From the human T2T-CHM13v2.0 reference genome, Homo sapiens, in the NCBI RefSeq assembly GCF_009914755.1, contig NC_060928.1: 64,000 nucleotides of DNA, one strand, 5' to 3'. The notes beneath the pieces are model-generated. The model was given only the letters and a program-made list of their open reading frames with translations. It had not been told where the DNA came from and did not search any database. Below, piece by piece: positions 1 to 14,544 of this stretch. The position numbers were made by a program, and so were the translations under genes. Positions within the stretch are counted from its first letter, which is position 1; each line of letters opens with the position of its first letter.

Positions 1-217
1 CAAAAAGTGCTTGGGGTTTCTTCCACATCCCCACATCCCAGCTCCCTTCCCTTTCATGCCCACAGCAAGGTCTATTGCTGCAAATTGGTGGTGAGGCAAG
101 TTGGCTGGGAGGTGCACCTACACGGGGGAGTTCTATTGTTTTTATAACCAGTGCCAGCTCTGAGTGCGTGGTGAGTAAGAGCCTCTTCCTCTTCCCTCTG
201 GGCTGCCCTCCTCTCCC

Positions 218-328
218 ATGCCAATCTCATTGCTGGCCTGTTGTGGATATGGTGGTAAGCAAGGGCGGCTGCCTGGCTCTGATGCTTCCCAGACTTGGGA
301 CCCAAAACTCAAGAAGACAACGAAACAT
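218..328 (+). CDS. Candidate alternative first coding exon (37 aa, MPISLLACCGYGGKQGRLPGSDASQTWDPKLKKTTKH) of an unidentified + strand gene
   Basis: ATG at 218-220 reads open to a consensus donor CAT|GTAAGT at 329-334 in phase 0; non-repetitive sequence; TATA-like TTTATAA at 141-147. No transcript evidence available. Confidence 0.45.
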
Positions 329-3300
329 GTAAGTGAGGGCTTCATGGGCCTGTGTTTCCTATTAGCCAGTATTCCTGGGTAAAGTTTTCTGGGGAGAAGG
401 GGCAAATGTGAAGACACCACTACAGCGTTACTCTTCCTTCCCCCGTTAAGTAAATGGGAAGTTCTTACTTGGCACACAAGAATAAAATGAATGTTGACTG
501 CCTCTTCCAGTCACCTTTGGGCTGATTTTAGGTTAGACGACGTTTTCCCTAAAGGAATCTTATTTCTGCAAACTTCTTTTTTAAAACTCAAAATAATGTC
601 TGCTTGTTCACTTTTATGTTAGAAAGTTATAATACGAGAGTAATTATGGTTACTCTTGTAACCATAATTTTGCTTATACATTGGTTTTGCTATTTTCCTT
701 TCTGAATGGTGTTTATTTTAGATTTTAGCTCCTCTCTTGTGTTATGTTGCTAACATTTTTGTCAGCTGCCAGATTATTACAAGCAGATAAAGGGGGAGTT
801 TTCTTCTAAAGAGACCCCCATAGTTCACGCTCAAAGAATTTGTTTTGTATACCCTGTGAGGGGGTGAGGGAAATAATTCATTGGTGTCTTTGTGTGTGTG
901 TCTACGTGTGTCGTTAGCTGTAATCTGCAAAGATTTCTGCATCTTTAAGCATAAAGATCGCTTTCTCATTTTGTAACATGATTTCTTTTCAAACTTGTCA
1001 TGTAATTGAATCCAGCTTTGAGTGACACTTTAAAATATGCTCTCCCGCGTCAGAAGTGCTTCTTTAAGCCAGGTGCTCTTCACGCTCACCTGCTGGCGTG
1101 TTTGATTAGCAGCCAGCCACAGCCAGGTGCCAAATCCATTCTAAATATGGGAGCCTGTGCTTGAGAAGACTAGTCATACTAATTATTCAGACCTCCTCCT
1201 TGGAAGTAATGTGGCAAAATCACAGAAGCAGAAAAGCCAGAAACAGTATGAGACTTGCTATTGAGGGACCATAAAATCAGAATTTTGCCTCATAATATTG
1301 TTTTGTTCTTGGGTACATCCTTTCCAGCTATGAGCTCACCAGCCCTTGCTCTGTCTCTGAGCTGGTTGGCATCATTGCCGTTCTACAGATGGAGAATGGG
1401 AGATACAGCTGTGCAAGCCAAAATGCCCAAAAGCCGGATGATCTCACTGAAACTGGGAGCCAGCACCCCAGGTGTCTCTCTAGCTCCTTGCTGCTGGTGA
1501 ATCTGCAGCTTAAAAAAGGAGAGCTGCAGGCTAAGTTGGAACCACCTAGAGTTGCCTGCAAGCAATCTGTATTTGAATTGCCTGTCAGAGGCCAGGTGAA
1601 ACCAAGCAGTGGGTCAAACCAAAGGGGCTGCATGCATACATAAATGGGAAGAAGGTTAAAAGTGAGGAAATGGGGGATCGAAGTCCAGGAATGTAGGGAA
1701 TATGCTGGAATATCCTTTTTATGCAGGCCATCCCTCTTTTAACTGTGGGCTGAAATATACTGGATAGTATCTGTTGTACCGAAAGTACAATGTCACACTG
1801 GTAGGAAATATTTAAAGTAAAGCCAATGTATTAATTTAAATCATTAATGCAGGAAATATTTATTGAGGCTTTCCCATGAGCCAAGTCCCATAATATTCAG
1901 CTTTGTAACTTGAGTGCCTATCATTCAGTGGATGGACAGGAAGGATGCCTTGATGAATGGATAAACACATATTGTTCATGAGATTTTAGTTTAAGGACTC
2001 TCCATCTTCTCCCTGCTCATCCTCCCTTGGGACAGCCCATTCAATCCCACAGAGACACCTGTTTCACCCCTCCCAGAACCACCCACCCACAGGAAGGAGA
2101 ATTTCCTTAATGAAGGCAAGTAAACACAGGCCTGTATGCCCATAGGAAGGAAGCCTTTGTGTACTTTTACCCAGATTGAATCAGGGAAAACCATGTCAGG
2201 AAGAAGGGCACACCCTAGCCGATGCACGGAAGTAACATTTGCATGTCACAGGCTTCAACCCAGCAATCCAACACACAGGTGCGTAATCTCTGGGCCAGGC
2301 AACCAGAGCAAATTTACCTTCATGGTCTTCGGAGCTCCACCTTCCTTCATTCATCATCTCTTGAGCTTGCTTCTGAAGGTCCTAGCTTCATCTTGGACAT
2401 AAGCAGCCAGGATCTAGGAAAGGCTCACCAAACACCATTATTTATTGAATGCCCTCAATGCATTGGCCTCAAACCAAATGCAGAATTAGATTACTGTCCC
2501 CGACCAGTTGGTTCACATTTTAAACAAATAAATAGGCAGGTAGAGGTGAACTAAATAGAAAGGAAGATGGAAATATACTCCAGGGAGAGGCAGGTGCTGG
2601 GGAGGGGAAACCGGTCAGAGCCTGTCATTTTTAGAGCTTAAGTAGGACAGGATCTCAAAATATTTCAGATCCAGCTCCATGTTTTTGATCAGCCAGGAAG
2701 GCAAATTTGGTTGAGAGCAGGAAAGATGAGACACACACTTCATGCCCTCAATGTTGGCTCATTCTTTCCTGATTGTTTCTATCTTTGGGCCCCTATTGTG
2801 TCTTATATGTGCTTCTGATATAGGATATGGCCAATGTACTTTGTTACAAAGTAACAAAGCAATTATTTGTTTACTCCCTATCTCTTCTAATGGATCATGA
2901 GCTCAGTGAGGGCAAGGACTCTTTGTCTTCCTCATTTCTAAATGTCTAAAGCCTGATCAATAAATGCTTATTGAATATACATATGACACCCTCAACCCCC
3001 AAAGCCATGTAACAGGGTAAGGATGACTGCGATTGGGTCTCAAATTAGAACAAGGGCCAGGATTTGAGGTGTTCAAGGAATTCAAAATAGACGTGATTGG
3101 ATTTGAATGGTTGACAGCTTTCTTGAATATGCAGTATGACGCCACTGGGATTTTGAGATGATGGGATTAAGCAGGTTGGGAGGAGGCCAGTCACTGGAGG
3201 CAAAGGCTCAGGATTAGGAATGCTCTTGTGGTTCTTGGGGAATAGTGAATGGACCATAGTGGCAGGATGAGGCCAATGTGTGAAGGGACAAACAAAGTTG

Positions 3301-3610
3301 TTTGAAATTTAAACTTTTGGCAATGGGAAACCACTGAAGCCATTTAAGCCGAACTGTAAAGAGATAAAAGGAAAATTCAAAAGAACTGAATCTAGGTAAT
3401 AGGTTAGAGCATGAGGTGCCAGGAACAAGGGCTCTATGAAGGAATGGAAGCCAATACCCATGAGTGTGTGACAAAATGCTGATCTGGGTGGGGGAGGAGG
3501 GTAGTGGGAATAAATGTTAGGATTCTGGAGTATTTGTGGGGGAGGGGAGATTTGAGATTAATGTATCATTTGTATCCAGAGTTTTCTCTCTAAATGAGGT
3601 TAAAAGAATG

Positions 3611-3916
3611 GGCCAGGAGCAATGGCTCATGCCTGTAATCCCAGCACTTTGGGAGGCCGAGGCGGGCAGATCACCTGAGGTAGGGAGTTCAAGACCAGCC
3701 TGACCAACATGAAGAAACCCCCATCTCTATTAGAAATACAAAAGTAGCCGGCCGTAGTGGTGCATGCCTTTAATCCCAGCTACTCGGGATTACAGTAGCT
3801 GAGGCAGGAGAATTGCTTGAACCTGGGAGATGGAGCTTGTGGTGAGCCGAAATTGCACCATTGTACTCCATCGTGCCATTTTTTGAGATGCTGTCTCAAA
3901 AAAAAAAAAAAAAAAA
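3611..3916 (+). mobile_element. AluS
   Basis: Dimeric Alu with A-tail; TSD AAAAGAATG on both sides. Confidence 0.95.
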
Positions 3917-3929
3917 GAATGATGGCTAA

Positions 3930-4160
3930 ACTCTTTATTAGGTGTTTGTTAAATGCCAGTCACTGTTCTAGGCATTTTACAAACAGTAGCTCAATTCATC
4001 CTCAGAACACCCCTTTGTAGTATTATTATTGGCCCCACTTGACAGATAAACTGAGGCACAGAGCAATTAAAGCACTTGCCCAAGGTCATACAGTTATAAG
4101 ACAGAGAGACAGGATTCAGACCAGGATGTAAGTCTGCCAAGGCCCAAATATTAACCACAA
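3930..4160 (-). mobile_element. MIR
   Basis: MIR core AAACTGAGGCACAGAG...GCCCAAGGTCATACAG. Confidence 0.8.
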
Positions 4161-4529
4161 ATGCCTGCTTCAGCAGGTTCATGGGAAGATTTAAGGTATG
4201 ATGAAAGGGGTTCTAAACAGTGATGTTTGTTATCATTTTGAAAGGAGACCAGAGAAGCATTTCCTGCATCCATTTTCCTATCATCGTTAATTGCCTACTC
4301 ACACACAGTTTAAGGTTATCAGTATATAGTAAAATTTAAAATCTGTAATAGGATAATGTTTCTTATTTTGCCTTTTAAACACTGATTTTTCTCATTTAAA
4401 AATTAGTATTTGTTATAAAAATTCAAATCTTACAGAAATAACAGATATACAGTGAATATCCCATGAAATCTTAATTATCCTCCTACCCCCAAATCATTAT
4501 TTACTGTTGGGTAGAAATTCCTCCAGCTC

Positions 4530-4851
<322 letters not shown>

Positions 4852-4929
4852 TAGGCTGCTGTATTACCATCATTTATGTCAATAGTAATCCTTTTTTCCA
4901 AAAGGTGATCATACTGTTTTGTAACATGC

Positions 4930-5193
4930 TTTTTCTTTTTCTTTTTTTTTTTTTTGGCAGAGTTTTTGCTCTTGTTGCCCAGGCTGGAGTGCAATGGCAT
5001 CATCTCAGCTTACCACAACCTCTCTCCCGGATTCAAGCAATTCTCCTGCCTCAGCCTCCCGAGTAGCTGGGATAACAGGCATGCGCCACCATGTCTGGCT
5101 AATTTTTTGTATTTTTAGTAGAGATAGGGTTTCTCTATGTTGGTCAGGCTGTTCTCGAACTCCTGACCTCAGGTGATCCGCCCACCTCGGCCT
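4930..5193 (-). mobile_element. AluS, 5'-truncated
   Basis: Reverse Alu lacking its first ~35 nt; flanked by GTAACATGCTTTTT / GTAACAAGCTTTTT. Confidence 0.9.
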
Positions 5194-5252
5194 ACCGTAA
5201 CAAGCTTTTTAATTTAATAAATAGGACAGCTTTCCATGTCAGGACATACGGG

Positions 5253-5373
5253 GTTTTTTTTTTTTAACTTTTATTTTTAATTGAAACATAATAATTACAT
5301 ATATTTAAGGGATACAATGTGATGATTTGATACATGTATACATTGTGTAATAATCAAATCAGGGTAATTAGCA
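5253..5373 (-). mobile_element. L1MA-type 3' end fragment
   Basis: Poly-T followed by reverse L1 3'UTR motifs (TACAATGTGATGATTTGATACATGTATACATTGTG). Confidence 0.75.
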
Positions 5374-5639
5374 AGGATATACACTTTTATATTATTTCCT
5401 TTAAAAGTTATATAGGATTCACTTTCACTTTCAGCATCATTTCATCTGGATTCACGTTCTTTTGCAATTACCAGAGCAACAGATCTGATGTGACCTAGAT
5501 TCTTACCTCAATGCCATTTTTGTTCCTTTTGTGTCTTGGACAGGACTTAAGGAGAAGCAAGTTCAAATGGGGTTCAGTTTTCTGTTTCTGTGAAAACAAG
5601 AAAAGCTAGTACTTATGTAGTACTTATGTAGCACTTATG

Positions 5640-5790
5640 AGCCAGCAACTATTCCTAGCTCCATTGTACAGATAAGGAGACTGAGGCCTAGAGAGATTAA
5701 GTAATTTACTTGCTCAAGGTCATACAGTTAGAAAGTCAGAACTTGAACCCTGGCTCTTTGACTCCAAAGCCTGTATATTTACACCACACT
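5640..5790 (-). mobile_element. MIR
   Basis: GATAAGGAGACTGAGGC...CTCAAGGTCATACAG core. Confidence 0.75.
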
Positions 5791-6439
5791 GTCTCTTTAT
5801 CTCTTTTACAAGTCTTTTACCTAAACTAATTAATATGAAGTGGCTTCCATAGCATTATGCAGTCAACCATGGTGTAAAAGTCAATAAAGATAAGCCCTAC
5901 CACTTATCTCTGTGGCTCAACTAGCAGCAGAAAGCAGGGAGTTGTCTGAAGGAGCAGCTTCATTTCGGCTGTTTCTCTCTCCAGCCTCTCCCCACCGGTC
6001 ACTGTTAGCCTCGAGTTTGACCCTCAACATCCCCAGAGGATGCCTCCTAGGACTCGAACCTCATTTAGTGTCTCTACTGCTGATGGACGCCATGAGTGGA
6101 GCTGTCGACCACCTTGGGTGAAGTGGTGGTCTCCACGTCCCACCTGGGCAGCACGATGGCCACAGAAAGGTTGTATCTACCCCACCCAGCACAACACATG
6201 CAGAAATTTCAAAAGAGCCTATTTAAGTAGATGAGCATAGATAGATAATTCTGGGAGAACATCCTTAAAAGGAGTTTGGTTTTTTGTTTGCTTTGTGTGG
6301 GTTTTTGTCTAAATAAACTAGACTGCTTTAATATACTGCCTCTTTTAATGAAATAAAGTAATTGTTTCCTTAGCTGTGTGCTAGGAAAGCCAATACAAAG
6401 ACATATAAGAAAAACCCCACAGACCTAGATTCTTAAAAC

Positions 6440-6565
6440 CATTCATATTTGATCCCATTCTCAAGATATCTCATTATATACATGCAAATAGTCCAAAATC
6501 TGGAAAAATCCCAAATCCAAAACACTTCTTCTTCCAAGAATTTCAGATAAGGGTTACTTAGCCTG
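6440..6565. mobile_element. Tigger4/MER46 terminal fragment
   Basis: CCAAAATC...AAACACTTC...ATAAGGGTTACTTAGCCTG resembles the MER46 end. Confidence 0.65.
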
Positions 6566-6764
6566 CCTCATACTCCCCAAAATAGGCATCTTCATAGAAC
6601 TTCAGGGTGAGAAGGGGACCGAAGATTTAAGAAGTTCCATTTCTTCTCTGATACATTTTCCAACAGTCCCCCAAAGTGGGCAACTAGCTTCCATCTGAAC
6701 ACAGTCAAGGAAAGTGAACTCACTAAGTAGGAAAGCAGACTATTTCATTTTCAGAACCCGTTGA

Positions 6765-6911
6765 GGGAGGGGGAAGGGATAGCATTAGGAGATATACCTA
6801 ATGTAAACGATGAGTTAACGGGTGCAGCACACCAACATGGCACATGTATACATATGTAACAAACCTGCATGTTGTGCACATGTACCCTAGAACTTAAAGT
6901 ATAATAAATAA

Positions 6912-6949
<38 letters not shown>

Positions 6950-6954
6950 AAAAA
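6765..6954 (+). mobile_element. L1PA 3' end (heavily 5'-truncated) with (TA)n in its tail
   Basis: Near-consensus L1PA terminus GGATAGCATTAGGAGATATACC...AACTTAAAGTATAAT; TSD AGAACCCGTTGA (6753-6764) / AGAACCTGTTGA (6955-6966). Confidence 0.92.
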
Positions 6955-7424
6955 AGAACCTGTTGAATTGCAACAGTGTTCTTCTTTATGGTAACTCCAT
7001 ATCTGCTGTCCCAAAACTTCAATTCTTTCATCCTTCTTGGACCAAACAGAAAACATCGAATAGTTTTTATACTTTACCACCTTCCAATCTTTAAGAATAG
7101 TCACCATTTCCTTGCCAAATTGTTTCTTTTCCAGGTTAAGGTCTTTAATTCAATCTTCACCTATTATTCCCATGTCATGATCTAGCATTTTGGACTGTTA
7201 AGGTCCCTCTTCTTTGATATGCCCTAAATTGTCCATGTTGCTCTCAGACTGTGACATTTATCACATAACACGGTACTTCAGGGAAGACTAGATAAGGACA
7301 GCCACTTACCTTGCTCTTGATGGTCTACTTCTATTAGATGTGCTAAGCTTAAGATTTCATCCAATTCTTTAAAAGCAGGGGAAATTAAGGAACTTTATTC
7401 TGGAAAGTTTGTAAAGAAATCAAC

Positions 7425-8262
7425 CAGTCATGGAATGGCAATTACGAAAAGCACAAAAAATAACACATGTTGGTAAGTATGCAGAGAAAAGGCAACTCTT
7501 ATACACTGTTGGTGGGAGCGTAAATTAGTCCAGCCACTGTGGAAAATAGTATGGCAATTTCTCGAAAAACTGAAAATAGAACTACCCTTTGAGCCAGCAA
7601 TCCCACTACTGGGTATCTATCCAAAGGAAAAGAAATCAGTATATCAAAGGGATACCTGCACTCACATTTTGAGCGCTATTCACAATAGCAAGATATGGAA
7701 TCCTAAGTGTTCATCAGCGGGCAAAAGGATAAAGAAAATGTATATACATATAGTGGAATACTATTTGGCCATAAAAAAGAATGAAATCATGTCATTTGCA
7801 GCAACATGGGTGGAACTAGAGGTTCTTAACGTTAAGTGAAATAAGCCAGGTAGAGAAAGACAAATATCATCATATGTTTTCACTCATATGTGGGGGCTAA
7901 AAAAGTTGATCCCAGGGAGGTAGAGAGTCGAGTGTTAGATATTAAAGGCTGGGAAGGGTAAGTGGGTGAGTGGTGGTGATGAAGAGATGTTGGTTAATGG
8001 GTACAAACTTACAGTTAAAGGAATACGCTCTAATGTTCGACAGCAGAGTGGGGTGACTATAGTTCAAAACAATGTATTGTGTATTTCACAGTAGCTAGAA
8101 AAGAGACTTGAAAAACTCCCAACACGTAGAAATGATGAATACTCCAGGTGATAGATACCGTAAATACTCCAACTTAATCATTACACATTCTATGCATGTA
8201 ACAAAATATCACATGTATCCCATAACTATGTACATATATTATGTATTAATAAAAATAAATAG
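7425..8262 (+). mobile_element. L1MA 3' portion (end of ORF2 and 3'UTR)
   Basis: ACACTGTTGGTGGGA, CAGCAATCCCACTACTGGGTAT, GAAATAAGCCAGG, A-rich tail. Confidence 0.9.
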
Positions 8263-8306
8263 AAATCAACTGGTCAATTTATTTTTCTTCAAACAATAAT
8301 ACAGGA

Positions 8307-8607
8307 AGCCAGGCAGAGTGGATCATACCTGTAATCCCAGCACTTTGAGAGGCCAAGGCAGGCAGATCGCTTGAGCCCAGGAATTCAAGACCAGCCTGGG
8401 CAACATGGTGAAACCCCATCTCTACAGAAAAATACAAAAATTAGCTGGATGTGGTGATGTGCACCTGTAGTCCTAGCTACTTGGAAGGCTGAGGTGGGAG
8501 GATTGCTTGAGCCCTGGAGGTTGAGTCTGTGGTGAGCAGTGATCATGTACAAGCTGCACCCCAGCCTGGGAGACACAGCTAGACTCTGTCTCAAATAATA
8601 ATAATAA
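8307..8607 (+). mobile_element. AluJ
   Basis: Alu dimer with (AAT)n tail. Confidence 0.9.
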
Positions 8608-8739
8608 TACAGAAAAAAACTATGGACCTAGATATTTTATTTTATGTATCGTAGTATCTTTCTTACATATCAGTTTTTATAATAATATTTATCCATGATA
8701 CCATCTGTAAGACAGGAATTGTGTAAAAATAACAATGCT

Positions 8740-9057
<318 letters not shown>

Positions 9058-10911
9058 TTAACTTTTCATAAGTGTCTGAGTAACAATCCCTGTGGTACCA
9101 AATATTGTGGCCTGTTGAAAGTAAGAGATGAACTATTGTAGAGTATTTCTTTATGCCAGTGATTCTTTGAAATGGATGGCTAGGCTGTTAAAGACCTGCA
9201 TTTTTTTTTTAGCAGCCTCCTCCTCGGCCCACCCTTTACTGCCATCTTGATGGAGTCATGTTTATATGAATTTGTTCAGATCGCTTTGAAAGAGCTCACT
9301 ACTTCCCTCCTCCACTGAGGATTTAGGTACCCACTCCAGATCCAGATTCGGTTTTGTATCACTAGAAAAAATGTAATAGAGTAGATCTATCTGAAAAGGC
9401 TTTCTTTGATTAGAAACTGTGACCATGTAGATGTAAGATTTGATTATAACTTTAGACTTAACTGGAGAAGTTATTGCTAGAATATACAAGGCAACATGTG
9501 GTGGTGGATATATGAAGGTGGAAAAATACATTAGATGTCCTTATATCATTTTCTAAAAAGCATATGATGGGGGGAGCTGTATAGGAGAGTATCACAGAAA
9601 ATTATCACATATAGGAAACTATCGTCAAAATTAACAGTGTCCCTCAGCCATTGATTAAATAAAAAAAGGAGGACAAAATTTTTTTAAGACAAATGAACTT
9701 TAAATAAAGGCCACTAATTATAGCAGAGAATGTGTTGGATAAGAGTAGGTATATGTAATTATATAGTAATTATGCTGAAAATGTAATCACATGCCACCGG
9801 CTAGCTAGTTAACCATTTTGCTGGGGGATGAATCCACCCCCAGCAACCATCTCCTTCTGATCTCAGAGACCCACATTGACTTTGTTAGAATGTGAGATAT
9901 GGTTTCTTCTTAGAAGGGTGACCTTTTCCTGGCCAATTAAAAGGTGCTGCTTTGAGGATATTGGAACCCATACTCAAAGGGATAAAAGGAAATTGAAACT
10001 TCTATTAAAAGGAGCTAATGATGCCTGGAGCAGTGGGGATTAAAAAAGAACAAAGTCAGTCTTAAAAAGATCCCCCAAATCAAAGAGCTGCTTCTCTCAT
10101 CAAATACCAGAAGAAAGCAAAATGATTTTTAATGAAAAGTGGGGCAATGGATTCAGCCTTTTCCCTGGATCCTAGGGCTTCAATCAAAACCAGTGAGTAG
10201 TTTTAAGCAAAATTCTTTGAACATTTGGGATAATTATGCTACATAAATTTGACATGGTGTTGTAAAAGGTAAACTAGCTTTTCTTCCAAATTAGAGAAAT
10301 AATAAAGACAAATATCAGAAGGATAACTCTAAAAAATCATACAGATAAGAGTGCTTTATAACTGATTCCCCATCTGATACAAAATAATTCCTGGGTTAAA
10401 ATCTAGCATTTTGATGATAAAAGTATAGGAAATCACTGTCAAAATTGTCCTGTGGTGGACAATTGTTAGGTGATTGCTGTGATTGTAATTAGCACAACCT
10501 TGGTAGGTTGTACATTCCTTAATACACTTTCTTATCACCATCTGCATTAGTCTACTTGGGCAGCCATAACAAAATACCACAGACCATGTGGCTTAAGCAA
10601 CAGAAATGTATTTTTGACAGCTCTGGTGGCTGTAAAGTCCAAGATCAAGGTGCTTGCAGAATTCAATTTCTGGTGAGGGCATTCTTCCTGGCTCGCAGGT
10701 GGCTTCCTTCTCCTTATGTCCTTACATAGCTTTTCCTAGGTGGATGTGCTTGGAGAGAGTTTAAAAATGAGCTCTCCAATGTCTCTACTTATAAGGATAT
10801 TAATCCTATCTGATCAGGGCCCTACCTTTAAGACCTTATCTCCAAATACGGCCACAGTGAAAGTTAGGGCTTCAACATGAGAATTTGGGGAGTACATAAA
10901 CATTTAGTCCA

Positions 10912-12166
<1,255 letters not shown>

Positions 12167-13419
12167 AACCACTTAGTCCATACCACCATCCAACAATAAG
12201 CAAGAAGTCAGGGAATCTCTGGGCTTGTCAAGTAGCTGGGTTTCCTGCCACACTTGGATATCAATGGCTAATGTCTTTACCACTTAAAGAATAGTTGGGA
12301 GAGTGGCTGGCAAGCAGTCAGGAAACCTAAAAGCCAGCTAGTGCTGCATTTTCTATTTGTTTAAATTATAAATGAATTAATTGTCCAAGCCAAAGAGCAT
12401 AACCAGTAGAAGCCTCCTCCTTACAAATTTGCTTGAACTCCCAAAAGATATGTTTAATGGCAATGTAACCAATCGGGAAATTCTTTGTCATAAACCATCA
12501 GTTTTGAATATGAGTCATCTATACAGCAAATCGGGGTATTGGCAAAGGAAGCTTCACAATGTCCAGCTTTACTGCCCCTGCACTTCAGCCTGCCATGGTT
12601 TTAATGGTGGCTAAAATCATTATTTTACAATTGAAAATCTTTTCTAGAAAGCTGGTCATTCCTATTTATACTTGGACTCAAAGCTACCTAAGGGGCCCAG
12701 GATGCCTCATCTCAGCTTGGAAATTCTAGAATTAATTATGTGTTCTAGGATGAATTAAGTGTTCAATTCAATTCCAAAAAAGGACACAACCATTTCTGTG
12801 CTCATATGTATTAGGCTGAGGCAAACTTACCTGGTGTTGGCAGTTGGTTTTGGCAGTTTAATAATTTGAGCTAGATAAAGAAAAAGGAGGTTGTTGAGAC
12901 AAGAAAGATGGCTCTTCTCAAAAGTAAAAGACATCTGGACTGATAAGAAGGCAACTGAGAGAGAAGCTAAAGATAACCAAGAGAAACTGATCATAAATTT
13001 GCCTCAAGGTTCAGACAGGGGGTCATGCAGTTGAATTATAGGCAGGGGTCATGGTGGCGGCTTTAGAACTTGTGTCCTGATTCTGATGTCTCTAGGCAGC
13101 CTCTGTCATGCACCCATCTCCAAACATTGGGAGATTGAATATGCATGTATGAAAAGAATTGCCCAGTATAAACATGTATTATAGGTTACACATAGCTGAT
13201 GGGACTATGAAGTCCCTGAGAAGTAGCTCAGCCTGTGTCCCATATCACAGGCTCCTGCCTTAACTGTGCTATGTCGAATGGCCAATAAAACTCATGCAAC
13301 AGCATAAAAGTTTTAATTTTTACATTTCCTTATGATCCCAGGGAGACCAGGCCTTCCTGGAGAGGGTATTCCAGGTTATGAGTTCATGCAAAGTAAGAGA
13401 TGTAAGAGATACACTTGAG

Positions 13420-13528
13420 TCTCCCTCTCTCTCTCTCTCTCTCTGTGATGTATGTGTGTGGTGTGTATAAGTGTGTGTGTGTATATATATACATATACAC
13501 ACACATATATAAAACATATAATATATAA
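13420..13528. repeat. Compound (CT)n/(TG)n/(TA)n microsatellite
   Basis: Directly visible. Confidence 0.9.
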
Positions 13529-13925
13529 CTCAAAAAATATTAGCTGGTGAGCTAATATATGTTTACCCTCACGATCCAGGCATTCTACTTGGTTGTTGAG
13601 GGATGTAGACCTGGAGCAGATATATCATGGTGTGGTGAGACAAGAGATGGGAGGAGAGGGCCATGCATCATATTCCATTGATCCTCAGTAGGACTTTTGC
13701 TATATTTACAGTCTGACTTCAAAGCTAGAACTGATCTCCCTTAAGTCTGAGGCTATGAAATGAGCTCATATTATGAAGAATTGCTCAGTAAACTTAAAGA
13801 AGTATACCATACAATTATATGGTTTATATCAAGTATGATGATCATTTCTGCCACTTGTACCACTAAGCGGTCAGGGTTAGGAATCCTATATTGAATTCTT
13901 CCATGTGCCAGACCTTGTTCTAGAT

Positions 13926-14143
13926 CAGGATTTTTCAGCCTTGGTGCTGTTACTGTTTGGGGTTGGATAGTTCTTTGTTGTTGGGTCTGCCCTGGCCATT
14001 GAAGGATGCTTAGTAGCATCCCTGGCCTTTACCCAATAAATGGTAGAAGCATAGCACCTTCCCCCAATTGTGACAACCCAGGTGTCTCCAGACATTGCAG
14101 GATGTCCTCTGGGAGCAAAATTGCCCCTGGTTGAGAACCAGCA
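13926..14143. mobile_element. MER20 (hAT-Charlie)
   Basis: GTCTCCAGACATTGC...GCAAAATTGCCCCTGGTTGAGAACC; 8-bp TSD TTCTAGAT at 13918-13925 and 14144-14151. Confidence 0.88.
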
Positions 14144-14242
14144 TTCTAGATACATGACATATGGTATGACATGTGGTATATGCAAAAAGCATGAACTGCA
14201 GAGTCACATTCTTGTCTTCATTTCTTCATTCATTTTATTTAA

Positions 14243-14541
<299 letters not shown>

Positions 14542-14544
14542 TCG

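Noticed and set aside
75-332. 85-aa ORF MLQIGGEASW...RRQRNM as the gene product
   Set aside because: It starts at TTG and stops inside the splice donor. The 218-328 frame fits the phase of the downstream ATG exon better, although a phase-2 reading from ATG 249 or 282 cannot be excluded.
1328-1643. Acceptor-like sites (TTTCCAG at 1327, CTACAG at 1388) and the 84-aa ORF MENGRYSC...
   Set aside because: No recognisable protein similarity and no convincing paired donor site.
5608-5640. Short tandem duplications (TAGTACTTATG x3; also 54547-54570 and 32373-32399) as a possible array
   Set aside because: Spacer-less slippage repeats, not CRISPR-like.
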